NCBI RefSeq assembly: GCF_032191835.1
Contig: NC_083227.1
Coordinates: forward strand, 62,434,001-62,498,000
Source of the DNA: Heteronotia binoei
Lineage: Eukaryota
Length of the DNA stretch: 64,000 nucleotides
Direction: 5' to 3'
Shown one piece after another: positions 49,501-61,828 of the stretch. The notes below the pieces were generated by a model that saw nothing but the letters and a program-made list of their open reading frames with translations, did no database searches and was not told where the DNA came from. Position numbers and translations under genes: made by a program. Numbering within the stretch: the first letter of the stretch is position 1; the number at the start of each line of letters is the position of its first letter.

Positions 49501-50102
49501 GTTGTACAACAGTGGCATAGAATATACAAACTGCATTGACCCCCAGAACAGACACTAAAATTCCAAGTAACTCACAAGCTTCAACTAACAAGTCAAACTC
49601 CTTCAGCAGCTGTGTGTTGTACTAGCGTCCATGCTCACTGTCAGCAATCCAACTCATTGTATTGTTTTGCTCTCTAATAAATTAAATTCTCACTACAAAA
49701 CCATTTTATAAATCTATACTGTAAAATAATCCAGTAATCAGCAATCTGTATTACCTCTTGGGGTACATATAGACCTGAAAACTATGAGTGTCTAAACTCT
49801 CAACATAAAAATAAGGATTCTTCTCTTTGCATCACATTTCATCCTTTCCAGAATAGCTCACAAGATGAGGCATCACACAGGGAAAAAAGGAGAAATGTTA
49901 GTAACAAAGAAAGGGACCATGTTGCTTTACAGAGAAATAGTCTAGATACAGTCATGTTGTCACTCAGTTCTGTGCAATCCCCTTCCTTTCCAAAGCCCTC
50001 ATCTCATATGACTTTTTGTCATAATCCATAATCCTCAACCTCACTTCTCCTGGTGGTCAAAGCGGACCAATCTCATTCCATTTTTCACTCACTGGATTCA
50101 AC

Positions 50103-50795
50103 TAGGGGCGTGCCAAAAAAACCCCGAAAAAACTAATGGAATCCAGGATTTTTCAGAAATCTCACTGGGGGGGGGGGGGAGGTATACTCAAGGGGAAAAA
50201 ATGCTGATTTTTAAAAAGCCTGCCTAACCCATAAACTAGTTTGGCTTCTTTTGCAGTTCAATTTAAACTGCAGGAGAAGTTGACCCCAGGATCTTAGTGT
50301 GGCAGGGAGACCTCTCCCCATTGCACGCAGACCCAGCTGGGAGGGCTTCTCCTGTGGTGCAGTTTAAACCAAGCCACACGAGAAGCTGGCCCCAGGATCT
50401 GCATGCAGTGGGGAGCTTTCAGCTCCCATTGCCCTGGCTGATCCTGGGCTGGCTTCTCAAGCTGCAAGAGGAGCCAGCCCCAGTCAAAGCAGCATGAAGC
50501 TCTCAGCTCCCACTGCCCCAGATAATGCTCTCTTGCTGTTTAGAGCTGCAAGAGAGGATCAGCTGGGACAGCAGGAGCTGAAAGCTCTGTGCTGCCTCAG
50601 CTGGGACTGGTACAGCTGAATGTACCAGAATAAAAACTTTTTTAAAAAATTGCTTTTATTTAGGCTCATCTATACCAGCATCCAATCAGAGTCTTTGAAT
50701 CTGTATTTGGCTTAAATAATACCCCCCCCCCCCCGCAAATACTGTATTTTCTGGGTATTTTTTCAGCACTGTTTAATACTGAATGCACACCCCTA
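50103..50795. mobile_element. hAT non-autonomous element
   Basis: TIRs taggggcgtgc / gcacaccccta; 8-bp TSD GATTCAAC / GATTCGAC (one CpG-type change). Confidence 0.85.
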
Positions 50796-51999
50796 GATTC
50801 GACCCAGTGAGTCCCAGTTTTTGTCAAACAATCTTGAAGATAATATATATTCTAGTACCTTCCCAAAGAATATGAAAATATTTTAGGCATAGAAAAAGAA
50901 ATATGTAGCAGTCTGCAATTAAACTTTTGCAGGTTTAAACCTACACTATCTTAGCACAGACAATGCTATCCTAGACATATTCAATTAAACCTACAGTACC
51001 CTAGCAAGACAAGGCTTTTACAGGTTTCACTGCTATGGAGCTGTGCCACATGGCAGTGACATCATTAGGGCATAATCGGTATTGAGCAGCTCAGCTCTAA
51101 TACACATACACACTATCATCGTTTTGTGACCTTTTAACTTTTATATATTTAAAGATAGTCCCTTTTCTATTCAAGAACATAAGCACTCGTTAATAAATAA
51201 ATAATATGATAAAATACACACAAGACTAGCTCTTTCTAGCAATGACCAATTTCTACAGTCCTTCAATTTCAAGTATTGAAATCTTCCCAGTATGGAAGCC
51301 AAACCACTTGAAAATAAAATAAAAAAGAAAAGTCCTGGTAGGAGTACTGCATTAGATGCAAAAAAGCTGCAGTATAGTTACCATCTCCATTCATTTCTTG
51401 GTGAGAGGTTATCATGCTGCTTAGGACTGTAACACTAAAACTAACAGCCATTTTAACCAATTGGAAAGGCCCTAGGCCTGGAACAACTAGACTTCATATT
51501 TGTTCAATCTTATTTAATGCTCAAGCTTTATGGGTACACTTCATTGTCAAAGCTTTCTGCTCTGTCCAGACATATTATTACAGAACTGTCAAGACAAAAC
51601 TCTTCTCATCCTTTATGGGGCTTTTAATGTATTATTATGATCTGGTTACTATTCCATCTCCATCCCTGAGGGAGAAACATCCATCTCCCCCACCCACCCC
51701 AAACACACATATACACCTGACAGCACTGAGGTTTACATGTTTCTTCTATCCTTCTGTCCATAGAGAGACCCAGTTCAATATGTTTGGATAAATCTCTTTA
51801 TCACTGACGTGACATGTTATCTCCTAATCAATCTTGCTTTCTTACTTCTTGAACAGACAAGCATTGTGATTTCATTTATAATGGGATGTTTTAAATTTAT
51901 CTAGAGAGCTCCACTCCGCCACGTAGTTTGTTTATATCTATATGACAACTTTCTAAATAACTATTGTAAAAGCAGTCTGAAGCGTTTAAATAACACATT

Positions 52000-53400
52000 C
52001 AAAGAAATTACCCATTATGCAAACTGTAACCATTCAGCAGGGTATTCCAATATTTGTTACACAACATTTTAAAATTATGTAATGATACTGAGAAGCGCTG
52101 CCTGATATAAATGGAGTGTGCCAGTGCAAATATAGAGAGGGTCTCCTATTCTTGGTGAACAAAATGGAGTCTGACCAAAAGACAGGCCAAGACAACACTC
52201 CATCTAGAATAGGTAGAGTGGACCCAGTAGAGAGCCTGGTTTGGTTGGCACCTGCAGTCTGTATCTCAGCACAATCTCACCCATTTCCCCTCCAGCGTCC
52301 CTGCCCAAACGGGATGCATACATGGGAACTGCGGGTAAGTAGTACTCTCACTCTGATCTTCTGGAATTGCCAAATGTCTCTTCCTTCAGTCTATCACCTC
52401 TACCTTACTAAAATCCAATCTAATGCATAACTTGATTGATCCCGCCTTCAAGTCTTTGATCCTTTTCCGAATGTCAGACAAAGCCCGGTAACAAATTATG
52501 CATTTCCTCTAAACTTATCATTCTAGCAAAATGTGCGAGGTTTCCCAACATAGCGATTCAAGACAGCTATCTATGAGACATCAAAGACCCTTTTGTGACT
52601 ACCGATCCCCATCCTCATACCCCTATAAAGTGTGGGTCAGAACCCCACCTCAGTGTGCATTCTGTAGAGCTCCATTTGCAGTCTGTACCACCCGTTACTC
52701 CTGTAATTGGGTCTATAGGACGTGTTACGCTGGTCGTTCGTGCTCCTCTCCATGTATTTTTCTTTTGGATGGACATCTCCTCTTCTGAATCAAGTGAATA
52801 TCACCCGCTTCGACAACCCTTGAATTCCTCTATTGGTAACCTCTATTTTTCTTAGACTCTTGTGCATGTGTGTGTTTATACAACATATGTGTGTGTGTGC
52901 ATATACATTCTTTTGACATATATTTTAAGTAAACACTATAAAAGATACAAACGTGTGGTCTATTCTTGGCTGAAAACCCGAACTCCGTATTATTGAAAGC
53001 AAAGATCTTCGCTCCTAATTCGCTCTACCAAGTCTCTTGACTAATTTCCCATTAAAATAAGAGACTCAAAAGCATTGCGTGTAACAGTAACATATTCTAT
53101 GTCTTCTACTGCTAGGTTAAGATACTCAAAGGAATTTCACCCCAGTGGACCACACATGAAACCAGAGGGAAGTTAGCAACTGGACTCGAAGATTGTATTT
53201 TTCTGTCCTCTTACTGAGATTGTCAACTAAGGTCATAAAGCAGAGACATTTCAGCTAGGGCATAGTATAAAACCAAGTAGAGTGGAATAGGATTTTTTTG
53301 ACCCTTGTACAGTCCTACCAGACTATCCTAATATTAGATACTGCCTTGTATTACATTCACATTATTAGATTTACAAACAAAGATACAAAAACCACTACAT
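52000..53400 (+). mobile_element. Highly degraded L1/Tx1-type LINE: ORF1 end + ORF2 endonuclease
   Basis: Ordered APE motifs across frameshifts: NVRQSPV (NVRGL.SP), KAR*QIMHFL, IAIQDSYL (LQETHL), GRVTLV, IGNLY (GDFN), DTQRNFTP, WTRRLYF (SRIDY), RHFS*, WNR. Confidence 0.55.
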
Positions 53401-54595
53401 TAAAAGCTAAATTATATAGTTCACAGCACAACTGTGACTATGTAATTAAGTTCTTAGTAATTCTGTATTACAAGATTGCTTTATTTTATTCACAACAGCA
53501 CTAGAGTAATGCACTAACCAGCTAATCTCACAAGGGAAAGCTTTTTCACATATATGACGATCCCAGGCACCTGAGAGTCTTTAATGTTTAACTGTTTCTG
53601 CTAAATTAATTTCTACTCCTCCCATAACTGCTTGCTTTGGATCATCTATACTATTTTCTGTTTATAGAGACATTCATGACTTGTTTAATTTTTACCACTA
53701 AATCCATCCACCAGCTCTCTCATTTCTACATAAAATTGCAAGCTTATCTGCAGCATTGTTTTATATTTATTAGTCTTTCATTTCACCCACTAAATGAACC
53801 CTCCCTTAAATTTATTGTGGGTTTGTTGAACTTCAATAAACTTGCTTTTGCTTTACAATTGAGTTTATAGAAACATAATATAAATTGCAGTCTGTATGCA
53901 GCTATAATTTAAATGATATTGTTGAGGTTTCTAGTCACTCTAGGAGATGCATTTGATAACTATTTTGATTTGTTTATACTTCTGACAAAATTAGCTGAAA
54001 AACAATAAGTATTTCCTTATGCCATTTTTTATATTTGTATGCAACTACCAAAAAGCAGATTAAATTTAACATTTTGATATATTTCATTAATTTGGTCAGA
54101 AAAGTAACAAGTGCAATTTCATATTGAGTAAGTAGGAACCATACAAGAAACATGAACTTTCAAATCAAATCCAGACCTATGGAGGATGAAACGAGAGCTT
54201 AGATGACTGGAGGATGAGTGGCAGCATGCCTCTGATGACGCTACAAGAACAACTTACAGGTTGTTCGTGAAAGTCTATGAGATGGCAGTGAAGACCACTA
54301 AGTAGACATTCTATGAAGCCTCTATTGTGTCTCTACTGCATCACACCCGCTCCAATCATTTAGGACTTCAGTCTTTAACTTCTTTGCATCAGGGTAAACA
54401 AAACTATAAGGAATTGGCTATTAGCTGTGAGGCGTTTGCAAGCTTTTTCAAAGACAAAGTCTTGTTGCTCCACCAGGACCTCCCTACCATAGTTGATACA
54501 GTAAGGGAAAAGGAAGCCCCTTGATTATCTTCCAGTCCAATTTTGGTCCACTTCAGCAAGCTCCCCCAGGAGGAGCTTGACAAGATTCTGGTAAC

Positions 54596-54775
54596 CAGGG
54601 CTCTTTTTCTAGCAGGAGCTCCTCTGCATATTAGGCCATGCTCCCTGATATAGCCAATCCTCCGAGAGCTTACAGGGTTCTTAGTACAGGGCCTACTGTG
54701 AGCTCCAGGAGGATTGGCTACATCAGGGGGCATGACCTAATATGCAGAGGAGCTCCTGACAGAAAAAGAGCCCTG
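54596..54775. mobile_element. 180-bp palindromic hAT MITE
   Basis: cagggctctttttctagcaggagctcctctgcatattagg ... cctaatatgcagaggagctcctgacagaaaaagagccctg; perfect 8-bp TSD CTGGTAAC at 54588-54595 and 54776-54783. Confidence 0.93.
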
Positions 54776-54825
54776 CTGGTAACTGTAAATCCTACCACTT
54801 GCCTCTTAGACCCATGCCCATCTTG

Positions 54826-55623
54826 TAGGCTTCCCAAACCTCCCGCTCTGGCGGGAGACTTCTGGGTTCGCAGCCTCATCTCCCACTCTTCAAAACTCTG
54901 GAAGCGGGAATGGGGGGTGGAGGGGGGGGAGAACATACCTTTAGGCTTCATGTTGTAGAGCTCCTGAGCCGTTTGCAAAATGTCTGCCCCTTTAAGGCTG
55001 GGCAGGAAGCAGAAAGGGCTTCTGAGAACGGCCCCTCCACTTCTTTTGCTTTCGTTTTCACAGGAAGTAGAGTTGTCCGGAGGAAGATCTGGTAAGTGTG
55101 TGTGTGTGAGAGGGAGGGGGCAGGGGATTCCCTAGTTTGGAGGCCCTCCCCCCCCCTTTAGAAAGCGTGGGGGGGAGGGAAATGTCTACTAGGCACTCTA
55201 TTATTCCCTATGGAGAACGATTCCCATAGGGAATAATAGGAAATTGATCCGTGGGTATTGGGGGCTCTGGGGGGGCTATTTTTTGAGGTAGAGGCACCAA
55301 ATTTTTAGTATAGCATCTAGTGCCTCTCCCCAAAATACCCCCCAAGTTTCAAAACGATTGGACCAGAGGGTCCAATCTGGTCCAAAATATGAGCCCCAAA
55401 ATATGGTACCCCTATCCTTAATTATTTCCTATGGAAGAAAGGCATTTTAAAAGGTGTGCTGTCTCTGTAAATGTGATGGCAAGAACTCCCTTGGAGTTCA
55501 ATTATGCTTGTCACATCCTTGTTCTTGGCTCCACCCCCAATGTCTCCTGGCTCCACCCCCAAAGTCTCCTGGCTCCACCCCCAAAGTCCCCAGATTTTTC
55601 TTTAATTGGACTTGGCAACCCTA
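54826..55623. mobile_element. ~800-bp hAT non-autonomous element (TAGGGTTGCCAA-type TIR)
   Basis: Ends taggcttcccaa / ttggcaacccta; perfect 8-bp TSD CCATCTTG at 54818-54825 and 55624-55631. Confidence 0.92.
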
Positions 55624-56023
55624 CCATCTTGGCTGGTGAAAGCCTGCGGATATGGTGTTTGGGTCCCTCCGGGAAATGTAATCAATCTATCCCTGTCATC
55701 GGGGTTTGAAAGAGGCAGTGTTGCATCTGCTCTTTAAAAAAAAACCTTGGACCCTGCAGTCCTTGCCAACTACTGCCCAGTGTTGAACCTTCCACTTCTG
55801 GGTAAGGTATGTAAGAGAGTGGTGGCTAAACAGCTCCAGGCCTTCTTGGATGATGCCTCTATCCTGGACCAAATTCCAGTCTGGATTCTACCCTGGCCAT
55901 GGGATGGGAAATGACTGCATTAGTCACTCTCACAGATAGCCTCTGGAGACACCTGGATTGTGGTGGGTTGGCACTGCTGTTTCTTCTTGATCTGACAGCA
56001 GTGTTCAACACGGTCAATTATGA

Positions 56024-56525
56024 CAGGGGTCCCCAACTCCCGGGCCGTGGGCCAGTACCGGTCCATGGCCCGTTAGCAACCGTGCTGTGAGTTGTATAAT
56101 TATTTCATTATATATTACAATGTAGTAATAATAATAATAAGACGACAGCATTGGATTTATATCCTGTCCTCCACTCTTAATTTCAAAGTCTCAGAGCAGC
56201 TCACAATCTCCTTTACCTTCCTCTCCCACAACAGACACCCTGTGAAGTGGATGGGGCTGAAAGAGTTCTCCCCAGAAGCTACCTTTTCAAGGACAACTCT
56301 GCGAAAGCTATGACTAACCCAAGGTCATTCCAGCAGCTGCAAGTGGAGGAGTGCGGAATCAAACCCAGTTCTCCCAGGTAAGAGTCCACACACTTAAACA
56401 CCACACCGAACTAATAGAAATAAAGTACACAATTGTATCATCCTGAACCCATCCCCCCTCCAGTCCGTGCAAAAATTGTCTTCCACAAAACTAGTCCCTG
56501 GTGCCAAAAAGGTTGGAGGCCACTG
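56024..56525 (+). mobile_element. MER1/Charlie3-like hAT MITE interrupted by a SINE
   Basis: Left end caggggtccccaactcccgggccgtgggccagtaccggtccatggcccgttag; right end aaaaattgtcttccacaaaactagtccctggtgccaaaaaggttggaggccactg; TSD AATTATGA / AGTTATGA. Confidence 0.8.
56141..56411 (-). mobile_element. Squam3-type SINE inserted in the (AAT)n of the MER1-like element
   Basis: Reverse complement matches 59359-59643. Confidence 0.88.
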
Positions 56526-58282
56526 AGTTATGATATTGCACCAACAGAGAGATTCAGGGGACCACTTTACAATGGTTTTTCTCCTTCCTCCATGCAAGGA
56601 CAGAGAGTGGCACTTAGGCAGAGGGTTTCACCACAGTACCCACTGGAGTATGCTGTACTGCAATAGATGATCCTCTTGTCAATGTTGTTTAACATCTATA
56701 TGTGCCCCTCACCCACATGGTTCAGGCATTTGGACTGGGCAGTCACCAGCATGCTGATAACACCCAGCTCTATTTGTTTATGGACAGCTGAGCAGACTCT
56801 GCTCCAAATGACACCCAAGACTCAACAAGAGCCAGGGCCTTTTCTGCCCTGGCCCCAGCCTGGTGGAACATGCTCCCACTTGAAATCAGGGCCCAGTTTT
56901 GCAGGGCCTGCAAAATGGAGCCATTTTGCTAGGCCTTTGACTGAGGCAGCAGATGTCAAATCCATCTCAGTCTTCCCTGCTCACACAACTCACATGATTT
57001 GTACTACTAGCAGTGCATATGATGCCCATAAGCGTTTTGCCTAAAATATCAATATCTATTGTTTAATCTGGCATCTTCCAGGAGACATCCTGAACTACCA
57101 GTATAATAGCCATCTTAATCTGGATTTTATCTGTCCTTTGTTGTTGCTTGCTAATTTTTGTTGTTCTTAATCATATTATATGTTTTATTGACTTTTGTGA
57201 CCCACCCTGAGCTCGCTCGTGGGGAAGGGTGAGATATAAATTAAACAAATCAAATCAGAGTTGCCACAAAATTTGTAGCAATCCTATTATGAAAGTTTTA
57301 ATTTTGCATCATTTGTCCACTGAAAATCTCTCACCCATGTTGCTTTTGTCCCATGGGGGGGGGGGGGGGGATACTGACATGTCTCCTAGAGTGCATTTGG
57401 CAAAAGGTAGGATAAAACTGGTTCAATTAAACCAATAAATAAAGAGGCCAATCTTGGGTGACCACATTTTAATCAAGCAAACAGCACAAGGCAAAAGATT
57501 TAATAAGCCCTTCTTCCACATAGTGCTCTTAGGGTTTAGAATTCTGCCTCAGTAGATATGTCGTTTTAAAAAATCTGAAGAGAAACCTACAACTACACAA
57601 ACCATGGAGGTTCTTGTTTATAAAATAATAAAACAAAGCATTTTTCTCTACAGAGTAGTTTTGTACCTATTTAGAAAACAGCAGGACTTCTACATAAATC
57701 TCATTAATTCAATAGCATCTTGCAGTAAGCAAAAGTCAGTAGTGTGAGCTCAAGATATACTGTGTAATGTGGGGGTTTTGATTGGAAAGTTGACTGATTT
57801 TATCCTCACACACACAACTAATTTTTTCCAGGTTTTGGAATAAATGAATGCAGACAAAAACCAACAACTTTATCACTTGTGGATCTAAAACTGCCATGAG
57901 AGTAAAATGGGTTCAATTTTTTTCATAAAGAAAGTACCATAAAAATGCTTATGTATTTTTCTGGCCTTGGAAAAATAGGTGAGATTGTATTTATTTGTAT
58001 TACCTACTGTCCCCTCCAAAAAAAAAAAAGAGAGAGAAAGAACCCTCATCTATTCCCAAATCTTTCCAGAGTAAGACTTTTATTCAAAGAGATGTTCCAA
58101 AGCAAATATTCAGTCAATTCAGTATACTGCAATGAGAAACTTCTGATCTGCAGCCCAGACATCTGTAGATTTATGCTGTCTGCATTAATTAGACACTTTG
58201 AGAACCCAGTAAAACTAAACAGAAACTGATCTATACTGATCAAAAGATACTAAGTAGGAAAAAGTGAGGCAGTGACACAAGG

Positions 58283-58565
58283 AGGAGGAGGAGGAGAAGA
58301 AGGAAGAGGAGGAGGAGATTTGATTTATACCCTGCCCTTTACTACCACCAAAGGAATTTCACAGCAGTTCACACCCAATGGACACCCTGTGTAGTAAGTG
58401 GGGCTGAGAGAGCTCTCCAAGAACTGCTGTTGAATAAAATAGCTCTGAGAGATATGACCAACCCAAGGTCACTCCAATAGTTACGTATGGAGAGGAATGG
58501 GGAATCAAATCCGGTTTTCCTGGATAAGAGTCTGTGCACTTAACCACTATACCGAACTGGCTCTC
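58283..58565 (-). mobile_element. Squam3-type SINE
   Basis: Reverse complement matches 59359-59643; purine-repeat tail on the + strand. Confidence 0.85.
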
Positions 58566-58731
58566 AGGAAGAGTCTTCTCAGAAACTCTGCTCTTGAAGT
58601 TATGAAGCAAATATAGATTGAATGATAAAATGAGATCTGAACCAGCTGAAATTGTGATGTCTTTAGAAAGGCTATGCATTTAAGAAATGGCTTGATTCAT
58701 ATCAGATTATATTGTATATTTCTTTTTAAGG

Positions 58732-58940
58732 TAGGACTGCAGTTCAGTGAAAGAGCATCTGCTTTGCACTCAGAAAGTCTCAGGTTCGATCTCTGCCTTC
58801 TCCAGTTAAAAAGGACTAGGCAGTAGGTGATGTGAAAGACCTCTGCCTGAGAACATGGAAAGCTGCTGCCAGTTTGAGTACTGACCTTGATGGACCAATG
58901 GTCTGATTGAGAATAAGGCACCCTGATCTGTGCATGTGTG
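58732..58940 (+). mobile_element. tRNA-derived SINE with CR1-like tail
   Basis: gttcagtgaaagagcatctg...caggttcgatctc (box A/B-like); body similar to 5108-5307. Confidence 0.75.
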
Positions 58941-59358
58941 TGCAGAATGACTCAACATGAATCAGCAGACCAAAGAGAATGTCTAAGTAATACTCCCATA
59001 TATTATAGCACCAATATGGAGACAGCACCATAATTCCAGAAGCCACTCCGAATAGTACTAAAGTGAGCATGTGTTCTCCTTCTGCATCCTCCAGCAATTT
59101 TATACTTTGTTTTATTTGTATGTTATTTATTCAGTTTATAACCTGCACCCTCTCCTCAACATATATAACATGTATGCACGTAATGCAAGAATGCCACTAT
59201 GGGACAATTTAGATGTAACACAAAATTTCAATTCTGTTAACTTTGTGAAACCAGAATTCAGCCCACAGACCATCAGTGTCTTGGTAAATTCTGACTTCAG
59301 TATGGTCAATCTTCTTCCCACCTCGTCACCACAAGCAAATCACAAGCAGTTAGTACTA

Positions 59359-59643
59359 GGAGAGCCAGTTTGGTGTAGTGGTTAAGTGTGTGGACTCTTA
59401 TCTGGGAGAACCGGGTTTGATTCCCCATTCCTCCACTTGCACCTGCTGAGATGGCCTTGGGTCAGCCATAGCTCTGGCAGAGGTTGTCCTTGAAAGGGCA
59501 GCTGCTGTGAGAGCCCTCTCCAGCCCCACCCACCTCACAGGGTGTCTGTTGTGGGGGAGGAAGGTAAAGGAGATTGTGAGCCGCTCTGAGACTCTTCGGA
59601 GTGGAGGGCGGGATAGAAATCCAATATCTTCTTCTTCTTCTTC
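59359..59643 (+). mobile_element. Squam3-type SINE, well-preserved copy
   Basis: Box A TGGTGTAGTGG (59371-59381), box B GGTTTGATTCC (59414-59424), (TTC)n tail. Confidence 0.92.
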
Positions 59644-59999
59644 TATGAATGCTGATAAAGATAGGTAATACAAAAGACAAATGAAGACTCACGTGGAGAA
59701 AAAGCCCTGTTTGAAATTCCTCTGTCCTTCCCCCCAAGCCCATTATTTATACAGAATGACAGTAAATGTACTTCTGCAAATCACTCCACTTAGAGAACAG
59801 TCAATCAACATACTAACAACAAAACAAAAACAATACTTAAATACAATAAATAAATACCAGTGGACCAGAATCAGAGGCAAAGACAGAAAGAGTCTTTGTT
59901 GACTCAGTGTTGAGTCACTCTTACTAGGATCTATAGGCAGGCTGTATCAGAGCATCAGTGGAAAACAAAACCAGGATTAAGTCAGAATACCACATTCAT

Positions 60000-61010
60000 A
60001 CATGTGGACCTATTCTGACTGGGATAGGGACTGAATCAGCCTTGATCACCTGGTGAATGACTGGTACCAGGAGATGGATAGAGATGTGGAACCATGTTAA
60101 TTCTTCCATGGGATTATTAACAGGTACCTGGAGGCAGTTTTGAAATGGATGAAGGCTAACAAGCTGAAACCTGATCCTGACAAAATGGAGGCACTATTGC
60201 TGAAGGGAAAGTGTGATCCAGGAATTGTGATGTCTTCTGTTCTGGAAGGAGTTGCACTTGCCCCTAAAGGAGCAGATTTGTAGCTTGGGTACTCCTGAAC
60301 CCAGGAATTGTTGGATGAAATGATGGTAGCAGTGGCCAGGGGGGCCTTTCATCAGCCACTATACTGCAAGCTCTAGCAACATTCACGTTAGATACAGCAG
60401 TGTGCTCTATTTGGGGTTGTCCTTGAAGACTGTCTGCAAACTTCCATTAGTACAGAACACTGCAGCCCAAATGTTGACTGGTATGGGTCACAAGGTCTAT
60501 ACCATTCTGATCAAGCAACAATTACCGCCTTTCTGCAGGTCTGCAGGGCATGTAAGGCAGAGATGTTCCATCAGGCATTTGGTTCAAGACAGCGATGGAA
60601 CAGTACATGATCTGGCGCTCTCACCCTCCCCATCCCTCTGTAACCCACCCCCCGCCGGTGGCATCTCAGAGCATGCATTGTTTTATTCTTGCATATTCTT
60701 GTTATTAGAATATCTGGTTTTAGTTTGTATTTATTGTTTTCATTTTGTTGTTAGCCACCCTGTGCACTGCTTGCAGGGAAAGGCGGCCTATAAAATCCAA
60801 TTTATAAATAAATAAATCTATACTGGCTCCTAATTTGATTCCAGACCCAATTCAAGGTACTGCTTTTGACCTTTAAAGCCCTTGATGGCCTGCAGCCATA
60901 ATACTTTAATTATCACCTATCCCTATATGAACAAACCTGACCTTGCTGACGATCCTTGGAACCCCTGCTTCTGGTGCCCCTGCTATCTGAGGCTAGACAG
61001 GTGGCAAACC
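60000..61010 (+). mobile_element. L2 LINE 3' fragments
   Basis: WMKANKLKPDPDKMEALL, LGLSLKTVCKLPLVQNTAA and IQFKVLLLTFKAL motifs. Confidence 0.7.
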
Positions 61011-61828
61011 AAAAAAAGTCCCAACCTGCCTCACATCAGCAAGGCTTCATTCGTCTTCAGATCCATCCTGATCTAGCAAAATTAAATGTTGACATATTAC
61101 CAGATGAAATATTAAAAAAACACCACAGATCATTACCAGGGACAATATCCTAATAAATTAAAAAGCAAAACAAAATAAAATAAAGCAAAAAAAACCCCAC
61201 CACCCTAACAAAACAGTTATTTGTGGAGTGGCTGATTATGATGCAAAGTGCATGATTAATGCCACTGCTAACTGGATGCTAAGCAAAAAAATATTTATGC
61301 TTTAAAAACAGCAAGAAAGGGAGGGGGGAGAAAAGAGAGTATCAGACACTCTGTTTCCTTAGGGGTCTCATTAGATCTTTGCTCCTCACCAAGATAGAAG
61401 TTGCTTATTAGAAATCAGTCTCAGCAGGTAGCAGTTGTGGAGCTGCCAGTGGCTGATCCAGCCTACCTATCCCAGCAGGGATCTCTACAGCGTACAGACT
61501 GCTGTTCAACTTCACTGAAACAAACACAAAAGAAGAAGAGAAAGGTGGGGGGAAATTATGTTTGCTATTTTAGTAACAGGAAATATATTTTAATAAGGTT
61601 ACTCAGGTCTCATTTCAATCACTCTATGATTTCTTTTTTCCAAACAGAACATACCTAATACACATTGCAAACTTAAGGGCTTCACAGTTCAATCACAGAT
61701 TCCCTTTCCAGTTTTAGGATTTAAACATTATATTCTACTAAACTATTCCTGATCAACAACACTTCCCCAGATGTTTCCATTTCAGGAGACAGTGATGTTA
61801 CAAACAGCCATATCCATATATTTGACTG

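Larger units (their letters stand above)
54170..57250 (+). mobile_element. Fragmented L2 LINE carrying several later insertions
   Basis: L2 pieces at about 54170-54595, 54776-54825, 55715-56023 (LANYCPVLNLPLLGK, LLDLTAVFNTV), 56530-56780 and the 3' end 56780-57250 read collinearly. Confidence 0.75.

Noticed and set aside
51950-52860. Possible endogenous bornavirus N-like or viral glycoprotein element on the minus strand (GSDPH, IRKRIK, STYS, LLNGY resemblances)
   Set aside because: Motif spacing needs many large indels and frame changes. The plus strand gives an ordered set of L1 endonuclease motifs, which is the simpler explanation. A tblastn/HMM search would settle it.
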